From Octopus sinensis (Eukaryota), in assembly GCF_006345805.1 (NCBI RefSeq), contig NC_043019.1, positions 18,041,360 to 18,105,359 on the forward strand: a DNA stretch of 64,000 nucleotides, read 5' to 3'. Position 1 is the stretch's first letter, and each line of letters starts with the position of its first letter. The position numbers were made by a program, and so were the translations under genes. Below, piece by piece: positions 1-13,110 of this stretch. The notes beneath the pieces are model-generated. The model was not told where the DNA came from, ran no database searches, and saw only the letters and a program-made list of their open reading frames with translations.

Positions 1-999
1 TACAAGTCAATGTATCCTCTCTGACATGTTTGTGAAGTGAGTTTCCAGTTAACATAAATAGGTGAACAGGTGTGTGTTTGTGTGTGTGAGAGAGTGTTTG
101 TGTGTGTGAGAGAGTGTGTGTGTGTGTGTCACTACACAAAGATGCAATCAAAGTCAAATATACTTTTCTACTCTAGGAACAAAGCCCAGAAATTTTGGGG
201 GAAGAGGCCAGTCAATTAGATCAACTCCAGTATGCAACTGGTACTTAATTTATCGACCCAAAATAATAAAAGGCAAAGTCAACCTTGGCAGAATTTGAAC
301 TCAGAACCTAGAGACGGACAAGATAGAGCCAAGCATTTCCCCCAGCTCATTACTTTAATCAAAGTCAAATATTAGAAAAGTAGAGAAACCGACGTTGGTC
401 TGCAGCAGCAAAGAAGTTCACAAAATGGGAGAAATTATTTAAGCATGTGGAAGAGAAGTCTAAGATTTCAGGTGGAATCAACCATTTTTCTCATGGAGAG
501 TTATCAATAGATGTGGAGATGCTGGAAATGGCAAAGGTATTTTATTTTTATTTTATCTAGTTTCAGCTCACAAGCTGTGGCCATGCTGGGGCACTGCCAT
601 TCATATTGCGAAAAGGAAAAAAATAAATAGATGTAAAGTATTGATGTGAGAGATGAAGGCAGTGAGTTGATCTCCTCCAATTCTAAAGGTGCTGACAAAG
701 TCATTGGTTTGATAATTGTACAATTCTAGGGAACCTGAACAGTTATAGGAAATTTCACCATAAACATTTTTGCTGTAGGAAAATTCACTGTAAAAAAAAA
801 AAGAGAATAGCTGTTTTCTTAAAATGGCAACTTCACTAATTAACCTGTCAATTAGAGAAAGGTAATTTCTTTAAAATGAGTTTTCTGGTTTACAGTCGGG
901 TTGAATGCCTCCTTTAAGGCAACATTTCCCAAGGCAAAAATGTAAGCAGTGAATTTTCCAGACATGAAACTGAACACAAATCTAAGCCTCAATTAATAC

Positions 1000-1620
1000 C
1001 TACAAAGTATTTGGAGTTAGAAGAGTTCATCTTGCTATCCAAAGTTGCAATGGTGGTTTGCGGAGAGAACTTACTGGAAAAGGAGAAGCAGTTCAGAATA
1101 AGGATAAATTTGGCAAAGAGGAGAAGGTGGTGGTGGTGGTGGTAGTGACAGGTATAAGGGAAGGGTGGAGATTAAAGAAGAGATAAGAGTCAGTCATCAT
1201 AGAGGATGACAGTATATAAGGATTTTATGTCCAGAGAAAACAGGGAGATTTGAGGGTCCAGAAGGGGAGGAATTGAAAAAATTCAAGTAGGGTTCATATC
1301 ACTGATATTAGAAGGCAGAGCAGTGAGATGAGTTTAATAAGGTAGGGGAGCTGAGTGAGACAGCTACACTGAAGGAGTTGAGGCGAATGGGATGGTTGAG
1401 CAACTTGGGGAGGAGTTTAGTAGTGATGTAAGGGACGGAGAAGGAGAAGGGGTTGGTTATCCTTTAATGGTTTGGGATAAAAGTTTTCGAATGTGAAGGG
1501 CAAAGTCTTTGGGTAACTTGTGATAGAAATTTGTATTGTTAAGCTACCAAAGAGTTTCTACTTGGTGGTAGAGGTCAGTTGACCAAAGAACAGTAGAAGC
1601 CCATTTGTTGGTTGGTCTTT
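1000..1620 (-). mobile_element. Heavily decayed Penelope-like RT remnant
   Basis: Motifs in the expected order on the minus strand: WSTDLY...NFYHKL, PSNISD, SLDIKSLYTVI (1202-1237), ILNCFSF...SKM (1024-1102). Confidence 0.6.
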
Positions 1621-3991
1621 ATCAAAGTGTCAAAGTGTACAGAGTTTATGAAAGGTCATATGAAAAGCCATCGAGATGCTTTTTAAAGTTGAACCAATCC
1701 AGATTACATTGGCAAGTCTTTAGAAAGAATGCAACAGAGTTGAACTCTGTGAAACCAGGTGTCCATGCAGAGCTAAGTCATTTGAATACAATTAAGTTAT
1801 TGGTTTGAAAGGATCCATCTTCTAAAGAAATGTTTTCAGTTGTGTTTGACAAAGGGACGACTCAATGTTAACACGGAGACCAAACTTATTCAGTGTATTA
1901 TTGCGTGAGGATGAAGTTTCTGCCTCTGTCTAGCATGGAGCATTCTATCACAAGCATCCAAGAGGAATAAATCATCTGGTATGGTGAGCACAGGGTAAAG
2001 TAGACGAGTGGATGGAGAGGAAAGCTGATTGCTGATTTAATGAAATTTAGTGGCTCTGTTGATATTTTCGAAAGTGATGGAGTGTAATAGTGAGGTTGTG
2101 TATGTGGAAGAAGAGTTAATTGTGCAATGCAGAGGGACGAGATTAATGTGAAGACATGGTAAGAGACAGGCTAGGGATCAGGGATGGAGGAAAATATGGA
2201 AGGATGGAAATTGAAGCAAGGGATCAAATTAAACTAGCAGCAGAATCCAAGAAAATAAATGTGGTTGCAAAAATTTGTTTTGGGAGAAAAAAGAATAGTG
2301 CAAGGCTGGGGTAGAAATGTTAGTGTTGGAAGAATCCTGCAGAAGATGAAGACATTCAAGATACGGTAAGAAGCAGAGGAAGCTGATTTCAGGATGATGA
2401 GAGACAAGTGATGAAGTGCATCTAATATATCCAGGAATGGAAAAGAGAAAACTAAAATGATGAAACTATGAATTGAAAAGAGAAAGAAAATAAAACTGCA
2501 GTATCCACAAGAAAACAATGATGAGTTGGTGGCTTGTAAGATGCTTTTGTTGTTTTAGGTTACAATGTGACAAGCCTGACACACTTGATCCAGAAGATGG
2601 GAGCTGGAGAAGGGTGCATCAGTACTCAGCAGACTGGGGCAGTGAAATAAAGAGTCTTGCTCAAGACACCACTTATCCAGGCCAGAAATCAAACCCACCA
2701 CCTGATCATTATCAGCCCAAAACCCTAACCCCTCATGCTGCCTTCACTGTGTGTGGTTCTTTTCCTAATAATCTTAATCCCTTCCTTTTCTCTGTTTCCA
2801 AATTTGTTTTTTGTTTTTTTTTCTCTGCACAAATACTGTTATTCTCCATATTAGTGTCACCCCTTCCTCCCCTCCTCCCCCCTCTTTCTTTGCTGTGAAT
2901 ATTGTTTCCTCCTCTCACTACTCCTAATCTATTAATCCCCACCCACAACAAGTAACCACTTCATCTCCCCACAAATGGCTCTGCCTGAAATGTTAGCTTT
3001 TCCCTTCTTCAAGCAAAATAGAATTCCATCCCATTTTGTGAAGGTGACACACACACCCACACACATGAATGAGACACATTCAATAAAAAAAAACTCATTT
3101 ACCTGGTTTCAAAGAAAATTACCTTTTATACAGTTAAAATGCCAGCTCTTCACCAAGTTTCCCGCATTTACTCAAATGTTTCATTCAATCCCTTGCTTAT
3201 TTCACAAAGTATTGGGACTACAAGAACCATCAGCAGCAAGCCGAAATTTCACTGTTATTCCATGAAATCTCCACAAAACCTCTGAATAAATCTCATAAAT
3301 ATAATCTTAAGCCTGACCCCTTAGCATTCAGAGTCCTCTCTCAAATGTTCTGCTTATTTACTCCCGTTGTCCTACATTTATCATTCTCTATCTCGTAACA
3401 TTGTAGGGTTGAAAAGAAAGGATTAAGACACATCGATATTTTCTATCACTTCCCATAAACTCAGAGAGTTGTTTATATCTCAGTATAAAAGAGACTGAGT
3501 TTTATAGAGCACTTGTGCATATAAAGGGACCACTTGAATGCATTAACACTCTGGAAGGATCCCTGAAAGCTACTTGAAAGGTGGGTAGTGGGGTGATATG
3601 TACAGAATAAGTCCACAGACCAGCTCTATTCCAATTATCACAGTATAGGTTCTTCAACTGTGTGGTTACCAGTAAATACAGCCGGAAGAATAACTCATTG
3701 TTGTCGGTAGTTTTAACATGGAATTGTTTGTTCTTTTGATATTTCATGGTTCTTCAAGACAGACAGAGCATCGAGAGAAAGTTGATTGAAAGAATGTCTC
3801 AATAAATAAAACCAATTCACCTTTCAAAAACAAAATCTCAATAACAATCTGAATTCCTCAAAGAATCCCAAATTGTAATCCTGCCAGTAATATATTGCTG
3901 TGGCTTGGAACCAAATGCACAGCATTATTTTCCATTCAAAAGAAATCTCTATGTTTATGTCTAGGAATGCAGAGCTAGGAAGAAAATCTTT

Positions 3992-4069
3992 TTAAGAATC
4001 CATCGATATATTCATTGTCACAGCATCAAACAATTTCTGAAGACATTGGCAAATATTCTGGGCTTGATT
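3992..4069 (-). CDS. ITGB1BP1: ICAP-1-like protein, terminal coding exon 5 (NQAQNICQCLQKLFDAVTMNISMDS*)
   Basis: CCAACAG acceptor. QAQNIC..L...FD matches the PTB C-terminal helix (ICAP-1 QAQAICKVLSTAFD). Ends in TAA. Total protein 182 aa; all introns phase 0. Confidence 0.88.
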   Translation of the reverse strand, partial: NQAQNICQCLQKLFDAVTMNISMDS

Positions 4070-4210
4070 CTGTTGGAGTAAAAAAAGAAAGAAAAAGGAA
4101 AAAATTTGCATTAAAACCCTTGAATAATGATTTGTTGATTGGAATTTAAATTAGATTTACAGAAGAAGGGGGAATGTGATGATGTGATGTTCATGCTTTT
4201 ACCAAAAATA

Positions 4211-5486
4211 TCAGGTCATCCCATAAGTTCTGTCTGAATTCTGAATAAAGAAAACAAGTGATCAAATATTATATTTAATTGAAATTGAATCATCAATGTA
4301 CTTTCCCTGATTATCTATGACTTTCTTCCATCTATTTACAAGCTTTTTAATCCCATCAATGTAAAACTCTTTTGGTTTCAAAGCGAAGAACTCTGAAATG
4401 TCAGTTTCAGCCTCTTCCTGGCTTGCGAAAGTTATGTCCCCCCAAATGATTCTGTAAACTACGAAACAAATGGTAGTCTGAAAGAGCAAAGTCGGAAGAA
4501 TAAGGTGGACGGGGAATGTTTTCCCAACCAAGCTCTTTGATCTTCTGTGATGTGATCTTTGCAGTGTGGGGTTACACATTGTCCTCATGAAACATCACTC
4601 CTTTTCGATTCACTAAAATGGGTCCTTTTTTCTTCAAAACTTAGTTCAATCACTCTAATTGCTGACAGTAGATGTGATCATAGATTGTTGCATTAGATAG
4701 CAACAATTCAAAGTGAATTACTTCTTTGAAATCCCACCAGATAGAGAGAAGAACCTTTTTCCCATGAAGTTCCCTTCTCGGTTGTGGTTGAGCTTTTTCC
4801 CTTTTACCAAGCCACTGTTTACGACATTTAACATTTCGATAGAAGATCCATTTTTCATCACAAGTCACAAGTCTATCCAAAAAGGGTGAAATGAGTTCAC
4901 CAGAATGGAGAGGAGAGCAAATGTCAACTCAGGATTTGTGGTTGCTTTCGGACAATTCATGAGGCACCCGTTTTCCAAGATTAGGAACCTTTCCAAGTTG
5001 TTGAAGATGATGATGAACAGTTGTATGGTTTGAACTAAGCTTTATTGCCAATTCTTCAACTGATAATGCAGGATTTTCTTCAAATAATGCCTCAAGGAGC
5101 TTATCATCAAACTCAACTGGACGTCCTGTTCGATCTTCATCTTCAAGGCTGAAATCTCCACTTTTGAATTTTGCAAACCATCTTCTGCAAGTTCTTTCAT
5201 TCAAGCATTATTTCCCATAAACTGAGTGCATGTTTCGAGTCGCTTCATCAGCAGAGTTTCCTTTTTTGTACTCATAAAGCCTTATGTGCCACAAATGCTC
5301 TTTGGATACTTCCATCTTAGAAAGGGTTTTAATCAAAGAAATTTTAATTCTATTATTCTGTAATTAGTTTAATGTACATAAATGCATAAAGATAATTTTT
5401 AATTCCATTAGACATTCTAAAATACTATTAAACTTCATTCAGTTTTAAAAAAGGTAAAATTGGGCAGAACTTATGGAATGACCTGA
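4211..5486 (-). mobile_element. Full-length decayed mariner (Tc1/mariner) transposon in ICAP-1-like intron 4
   Basis: TIRs TCAGGTCATYCCATAAGTTCTG at both ends; TA at left, CA at right; 1276 bp. Broken transposase with HTH (RTCRRWFAKFKSGDFSLED), VPHELS, TCDEKW, HEDN and SDYHLF motifs. Multiple stops and frameshifts. Confidence 0.92.
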
Positions 5487-6041
5487 CATCAGTTTATTAT
5501 TTGTATTTGTATTTGTTTGTTGTAAGGCAGCAATGAACTGGCAGAAGTGGCACCAAATCAGACAGAATGCTCTCTCTCTCTCTCTCTCTCATACACAAAT
5601 AGATAAACAATAAAAAATGGAATGAATGACATTCTTTATTTCGAAATCCCTACGATTGTTTCCACACATCGTTACATCAGTCAGGTGTGTAATCGTTCTC
5701 ACCCACCTGAGGAAGTGTGAAATGCACTTCCTCAGGTGATTGTTTCAATAAGTTGTTTGTTAGATCCTCTCGTCATTTCACTCGGTGTGAAAATGCCTAT
5801 AAATGGTTGGGGGAAGGTGTTTGTGTTTGTCCTGCCACCACTCTCTCCACTGAGTGGCAACCAGTGATGGTTTGTTTATGTCCCATTAATGGTTTCAACA
5901 AGTACCAGCCATAAAAAAATAAAGTAGTGAAGTTGATTCATTTGACTAAACCTTCAAGGTGGTGCCCCAGCATGGCCACAGTTGAATGACTGAAACAAGA
6001 AGAAGATAGAAAAGAAAAGCTAAATATTTTAGCAGACTTAC

Positions 6042-6185
6042 CTCAGAGACACACTGAAAGACGAAACAATGGAAGACTGTTTTGCTGAACTGACCAATCT
6101 TCACGGCGACGTTGTGGTGTTGGAAGTCATCGTCATATTGGATGATCTGAGCAATCGTGTGCAGCGGGTGTCGCTGCAGCACTTC
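6042..6185 (-). CDS. ITGB1BP1: ICAP-1-like protein, exon 4 (EVLQRHPLHTIAQIIQYDDDFQHHNVAVKIGQFSKTVFHCFVFQCVSE)
   Basis: Pyrimidine tract + CAG acceptor, GTAAGT donor, 144 nt. Resembles ICAP-1 DVLHRHALYLIIRMVCYDD...WVYQC. Confidence 0.9.
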
Positions 6186-7080
6186 CTGATGGAAGAAAAC
6201 AGAAGAGGAAATCATCACCACCACCATCATCACCACCACCACCACCACCACCACAGACAGGTGTGTGCGTGAGGCTGTTTGCATTTGCATCTCTCCAAGT
6301 ATCAAAAGCTACAAACAGTGACACTGATGTTGTTTCTCCTGTTAACAAATCATTTGCCGATTCTGTGCCTTTAAAGATGTGTAAAGAGATCCCTTACTTG
6401 AAAACGAGGTAAGGTTAGTGACTGAAAGAGCACCCAGCTGTAAAACACTGCCTCTATAACACAGTCATTGACCCTCAATCGCAAGGAAACTCATGGAACC
6501 ATAACACATTGCTGTTGAACTGAAGCACAGCCATGACAAACTATAAACAATTTAACACATACAAACACACATACATATATTCATTTATATATATACATAC
6601 ACATCATATGACGATGTCATACACACAGTATCGTTGCATGGTTAAGAAGCTTGCTTCCCAACCACTTGGTTCTGGGTTCATTCCCACTGTGTGGCACCTT
6701 GGGCAAGTGTCTTCTACTACAGCCTCAGACCAACTAAAGCCTTGTGAGTGGATTTGGTAGATGGAAACTGAAAGAAGCTCTGTGTGTGTGTGTGTGATTC
6801 AGTGTTTCCTGGTCTTGACATTACATAATAACAGCAGATGAGTGTCACCATCATAAAAGCAGTGTCCTTCATTACCAATCTTCTGTGAAAACATGTCCAG
6901 TCTTGGAAAAGAATTGCCTTCCTCGGTACCAAGTGAGTTAGCAACAAGCAGGGCATCTGGCAATCCAAAATCGACCTCAACAAATCCTATCTGACTCATT
7001 TGTGCATGGAAAAGTAGACATCATTGCACACACACACATACAAGCATACTAAACTGCTAAACAGAGCAGGTAATCCTTAC

Positions 7081-7176
7081 CTGGCCCTTCTTGTCAAGGA
7101 CCTTAATTCCATGCCTTGACACATTTAGTTTCACGGTATCTTCTTCTCGGGCAGTGACAGGTAGTTTGCCATCAAT
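7081..7176 (-). CDS. ITGB1BP1: ICAP-1-like protein, exon 3 (IDGKLPVTAREEDTVKLNVSRHGIKVLDKKGQ)
   Basis: TTTCAG acceptor and GTAAGG donor, 96 nt. DGKLP...VSRHGIKV matches ICAP-1 DGKLP...VSKYGIKV as recalled. Confidence 0.9.
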
Positions 7177-8772
7177 CTGAAACATAGACAGACACATTAA
7201 AAACCCTTCAAAGCAACCCCTAAGCACTGAACCCCCAATTTAAAAAGCAAATAGGGACCACTGATTAACTGCATTAACATTTCTAACAAACACCCAACCT
7301 CATCACAAATTTTAAGGAGACATGGCACTATCAACATCTTAGTTTCAAGGTTGTGTTTGGCCAGCTCAGTGACCATGGTGGTCAACTCTCATAGAATTCT
7401 CTTCACACAGATGTGACAAATCTTTTTAATCCTTGGAGTATTTCTGAGATGAGAAAATGAGCAGAGTGACAAATGTTTGTAGATAAAACAGCTGCACTGT
7501 TCAAGGTACGGCCATGGGATTAAGAAACCACTTCAGGATCGTGCAACCCCAGAAAGGATGGTATTTTGGGCAAGTGTCTTCTAGTAAGGTCCTGGTCAAT
7601 CAAAGCCAAGTGGTCTGGCAAAAGGGAGTTGATAGAATAAGTACCAAGCAGTGGGCTCAATCTCTTTGATTAAACCCTACAAGGCAATGCCCTAGGATGG
7701 TCGTGGTCCAAGGACTGAAACAAGTAAAAGATAAATGCCAGTGATGTTCTTTAATTGAATCTCCTCAAACTTGGTGTTGGTGCCATGTGAAGAGCATCTG
7801 TGCTGGTGACGTGTAAAACACCTCATAAGGTGGCTGACATTCGGAGGGGCATCCAATTGTAGAAACCAAGCCAAAACAGACAATTAGGGCCTGGTGCAGC
7901 TCTCCAGTCTTGCCAGCTCCTGTCAAACCTTCTAACCCATGCCAGCATGGAAAAACAGATGCTAAATTATGATGATGAAGTTGATTGTGATGTTGCTTGA
8001 ACTAGAATGTATGTATACTACTAGACCAACCCAGGGATTGAACTTACATCCACTAGCTTAACTATTACACTTAACACTTGATACTTAAATCAAAACCTAG
8101 ATTCACTGTCCTATGAGGTAATGAGGATAGGAAGTACTGCACAACTTAAGTGCTGAATGTAATAAACACTTGAACCCCTTATGTCAAGGACCGATCACTA
8201 TTTGAAGCAGAAACATTTCCTAATTTTGGAAATAAAACAATTTTTGTATTTTCCAAGAAAATTTTAAATCCTGCAAAGTTTACTTTCAATTCTCAACAAT
8301 CAAAAGGATTTGCTTGGCTTAGGGCTACAGTAGAGGTCACTTGCCCAAAGGTGCCATGCTGTGGCACCTCTGAGCAAACTTATTAACCACATTGCCATGC
8401 CTGCAATTGTATGTACACAAACACACACACACACACATGTATATGTGTGCGTATTAAACAAGAATGTGCTCAGAAGAATAACTCAGAGCAGGTCAGTGGT
8501 ATGTCTTTAAACAACACAGACACATACAGGTATATTAAATACTGTACAACATAAATTCTTCATTTATTAAGAATTATCTCCACCTCCAGAGGATGTCTCA
8601 CATGGAGGGGAGATAATCTCCAAGAATTCTCCAAAGTTGATATGTCATGAAAGAAAACGACAAGTTCATTATCTGGAAATAAGGGAAGACATGTTTCAGC
8701 TACATCAGGCATCATCAGGACAATCCTTTTGACCTCCATCCAAGAGCCAAAAGAGTGGAATATATTTATGCA

Positions 8773-8862
<90 letters not shown>

Positions 8863-9628
8863 GATTCAGGTGAATAAGGCAGAAGGTCGGGTCAAAATAA
8901 AAATGCATGCACAGCCTCTAATAGACGAATAAAAACAATGATAGTGAAGTAGAGGCAGGAAAATACGCAGGTTGTGTATACAATTAATTGAATGCAACTG
9001 AGTATATTATCAGCCCATTCGCTAATTCAGAAACACACTTTCTATTAAATATACAATCCATAATATACTTTGGAACATGCAAGAAGCAGGTTCCAAGACA
9101 GGTGAATCATAAATAAATAAATAACATATAATGGATAGGTGTCAATTCCTTACAGCTGTTTCCAGCAAATTTTTTTACAGTCCAAGACAGCATCGAGGGC
9201 ACTTTTGAATTTTTCCCACCGACCAATCATTTCCCAGGCCCTAAACACTCCAGAACGTGAGGGAGCTCACCACGAAGTTTATATCCTAATAATTGTTTTT
9301 TCTCTCTGAGGGATTTTTAACAGAAGAAAAGAAGTAAAAACTACTGCCTTAGGGAACAGATTTCACTCATATGTGACCATTAGGTCAAGCAAATGATGAA
9401 AAGAAATGAAAATAAAAGTGAGAGGATTGTTTATAGAGATGAAAGCTACATCCACAAGAACTACTGTCAGCACGAGAATGCATCATACGATCAATGATTG
9501 AATGAACAACAGGCTGATATCTTTGAAGGGGGAAAGAATCAAACGAAGGATTACCATGGCATGTTTGATCACAAATACTTTGTCCTACACGATCCAACAA
9601 TTATAGATGTAAAAAAAAAAAAAACATA

Positions 9629-10050
9629 GGGCGCAGGAGTGACTGTGTGGTAAGTAGCTTGTCTACCAACCGCATGGTTCCGGGTTCAGTCCCACTGCGT
9701 GGCACCTTGGGCAAGTGTCTTCTACTATAGCCTCGGGCCGACCAAAGCCTTGTGAGTGGATTTTGTAGACGGAAACTGAAAGAAGCCTGTCGTATATATG
9801 TATATATATATATATATGTGTATGCGTGCGTGTGTGTGTTTGTGTGTCTGTGTTTGTCCCCTAGCATTGCTTGACAACCGATGCTGGTGTGTTTATGTCC
9901 CCGTCACTTAGCGGTGCGGCAAAAGAGACCGATAGAATAAGTACTGGGCTTAGAAAAGAATAAGTCCCGGGTTCGAGTTGCTCGATTAAAGGCGGTGCTC
10001 CAGCATGGCCGCAGTCAAATGACTGAAACAAGTAAAAAAAAAAAGAAATA
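9629..10050 (+). mobile_element. Full-length tRNA-headed SINE with internal (TA)n(TG)n
   Basis: A-box-like TGACTGTGTGGTAAG, B-box-like GGTTCAGTCCC, CORE-like ACCTTGGGCAAGT, tail GCGGTGCTCCAGCATGGCCGCAGTCAAATGACTGAAACAAGTAAAA. Confidence 0.85.
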
Positions 10051-10559
10051 GATTGTCAAGTATCTTCAGGGAAAACTAAGTATATTTTCCAGTTTTTAAT
10101 TAAGAAATAACTAAATTAATTATTTCATAATTCAATTCAAGACCAGAAAGTACACTTAGTTTTTCCTGAAGATGGTTTTTTTACATCTATAATTGTTTGA
10201 ATGTTGATGTTTCAAACGTACTGTTGGATTGAAACATGTGTAGGATATTTTTCAGGATATTTTTGGGTTGTTTTGTTGATCCAGTTTCTTTTATCACTTT
10301 TACTTTGCATCATTTTCCCATTGTGATACAAATAAAATGAACCAAGTATCTATTATATTTTTTCTTCTCTATTTTCTTTTATCAGTTTTTATAATTTATT
10401 AGATTATTTATGTATTGAGGAACTTTCTTTCAATATATTTGATAAAGCCAGTTGGCATCTGGATTGGTATCAACAAACCCTTATAAGGAATTTACATCCT
10501 CAAAATTTTGTACGTACATTATGTATATATTACCCTGCAACAGCAGGTTATTTAACTAG

Positions 10560-10590
<31 letters not shown>

Positions 10591-10984
10591 CTAGCAGTAT
10601 CGCCCGGCATTGCTCGGGTTTGTAAGGGAAATAACTATATAAGCATTTTTAGAGATAAAGTATAATAGCCATCTCAATATGGCTAACCACAAAGGCGGGG
10701 TGTTACTGTAGCTTTTTACATTCTGAGATTTAATAATACATTTTTAGAGTGTTACTTCCCTTATATAATAGCAAAAAAATGCATTAAAAATGGGAAAAAA
10801 TGATGGTAATTTTTTTTTTAATTCATAGACTCATCGTAGACGCGCGCTGATACCCAGGAGGGCTCGATATGAATCACGACTATAAGATACCCACTTTTGG
10901 TTACACTGCACCGCAAAATGTGGGAGTAGTTGGGAATCTAAATCGTAGGAGACAGACACACAACATCACTTTTATATATAAAGA
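10591..10984 (-). mobile_element. Non-autonomous Helitron-like element
   Basis: On the minus strand: A|TCTTTATATATAAA 5' end, CCCG..CGGG hairpin, then CTAG|T 3' end. Confidence 0.75.
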
Positions 10985-11006
10985 TATATATATGTATATG
11001 TAAATG

Positions 11007-11044
<38 letters not shown>

Positions 11045-11849
11045 CCACATGCAAATGAGGAAAAAAGTTTCTGAGAATTCAAGCTTATTTCAAAACCCAC
11101 TCACTATCAATTTTGGCCAATGTTTTTTAGGACTTAAAATGATGGGGAAAACCATGAAGTTCAAAAAAGCTTTTGGAAATTACAATCTCCACTTCCTTTA
11201 TTCTCAAACAGAAAATGAAACATAATTTAAAAATAGAGAAATTTTAAAAATTAATTTCATTAACCCCCACCCCACCCATAAGGGGGCGGGGAAGCATCTT
11301 TTGTAAATTTTAAATTTTTTCAAACCCCTTCCCCCACTTAGTACTGGTTTTGGCTAATCTTTTTTTTTTTGGACTAAGCACTTAAAATGATGGGAAAAGC
11401 CTTGAAAGCTAAATATAGAAAAATTTTGGAAATTACAATCCCTACTTTATTTTCAAAAAGAAAATGAAACAATTTCAAAACAATACAGACATTTTTTTAA
11501 ATGTTTTCTCTCTCACAAATCCTAAAATTTCAGCTTCTTTCCAAAATTTTTTTTTGAAGCATAATTTTAAAATACAGACAGTCTGAATCTGCAAATTGTT
11601 TCTAATTATAATTTCAAAATAATTTGAATTTAAAGGAGGCTGTAGTTTCTAACACCACCCATGACTACCCAGTACCTTCCTCATTCCTTTGTCGCTCTGA
11701 TATGAATAAAGTTGTACTAGTATTCTGGATAGTGTTAGTAGGATAGGTTGTGGCCTAACGTATGGGGCTCAATGCTGGAGCTGTGTACATGTTGGGCACT
11801 CATGTATTCAGAGTTGTTATAGTATGAGTTTGGATAGTAGAGAAAAAGC

Positions 11850-12034
11850 GTTTGTTTATTAGAGGCTGCTATGGTAGACTCAAAGTTGGCTGGGGTGGAA
11901 TAGGATAGCTTCATGGTAGATCTATTAAAGATAAAGTAATATTTATGTTGACGAGGGAAGTTGGTGTCCAGTATATTAAAGAAGGATTTAGCTAAGTTCT
12001 TAACATTTAGCGAGAAATGTGGAGTGTATACCAT
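11850..12034 (-). mobile_element. Penelope-like fragment (RT-to-GIY-YIG linker)
   Basis: YTPHFSLNVKNLAKSFFNILDTNFPRQHKYYFIFNRSTMKLSYS resembles the PLE PPFS.NV..F...FP..H...IFNR...K.SYS motif. Confidence 0.6.
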
Positions 12035-12886
12035 AGAATAGAGCGTCCACCACTTTTTTTTGGGGGGGGGGGGGGTAGTGCTATCTATATTTTTGGAAAA
12101 TGGAGTGGGGTGACATGGCCCATTGCTGTTTTAGTTTTTGACCCAGTGTTACATGTGGGGTCTAGGTTGTCTTCATATGGGTTCCTCTGGGGTTCTAGTG
12201 TATGTGGTCTGTTGTGATTCTGATGGTTGGTGTGTCGTTGCAAAATATGTTGCTTGAGCCTAGTATTAGGGATGTATTTTATTTGTTGGAAGAAGCTGCA
12301 CGTATATATATGCATCTCATCATCATTTAACGTCCATTGTCCATGGGTTGGATGCTGTGACCAGGTCTGGCAAGCTGGGAGGCTGCACCAGACTCCAGTC
12401 TCGTTTCGTATGGTTTCCACGGCCAGATGCTAACCACTCCCAGAGTGTAATGGGGGCTTTTATGTGCCAAGCACCCACTACACTCTCAGAGTGGTTGGCA
12501 TTAGGAAGGGCATTAAGCTGTAGAAACTCTGCCGGATCAGATTGGAGCCTGGTGCAGCCATCTGGCTTGCCAGTTCTCCACCAAACTGTCCAACCCATGC
12601 CAGAATGGAAAATGGATGTTAAACAAGAATTATGATGATGATATATATATATACACACACACACATCATTTATGTGTTTCAGTCATTAGACTGTGGCCAT
12701 GCTGGGGCACCTCATTCAGGTATTTCAGTCAAATGAATCGACCCCTGTACTTACTTTTTTACATCCTGGTACTTATTCTATTGTTCTCTTATTGCTGAAC
12801 TGCTAAGTTATGGGGATGTAAACAAACCAACACTAATTGTCAAGCAGTGGTGGGGGGGAACTTGAACACAAAGGCACATATATATA

Positions 12887-13110
12887 TACGAAAGGGTGGG
12901 GCTGAAAAGTTCCTGGCTTTAAGGTTGTCACGAAAGGCCTGGTTGGAAGCCTAATCTTCCAAGTTCTTTTAAAAGACTTAGAAAAACTGAAGGACCCCTG
13001 CAACAAGTGTGATAATCCGAGAGGGGAAGATGTTCAATGAAATCATAATTAACTGATCCTCCTGTATTTTCTCTTACCCAAAGCCAGGAATCTTTCAGCA
13101 CCCCTTTGTA
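12887..13110. mobile_element. Mariner-type MITE inserted in a SINE
   Basis: About 30-bp imperfect TIRs (TACGAAAGGGTGGGGCTGAAAAGTTCCTGGCTTT / AAAGCCAGGAATCTTTCAGCACCCCTTTGTA), TA ends, no ORF. Confidence 0.7.

Noticed and set aside
6069-6272. Poly-His ORF on the plus strand
   Set aside because: Antisense of ICAP-1-like exon 4 plus an intronic (CAC)n tract.
9629-9705. tRNA gene
   Set aside because: A/B-box-like motifs continue into a SINE body and no cloverleaf is evident. The same applies to the other SINE heads.
10160-10245. CTGAAGA...GAAACATGTGTA hammerhead-like motif
   Set aside because: Helix II does not close and helix I has only 2-3 pairs.
11090-11480. Degenerate ~150-bp direct duplication
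   Set aside because: Old, AT-rich and non-coding, with no termini to classify it.
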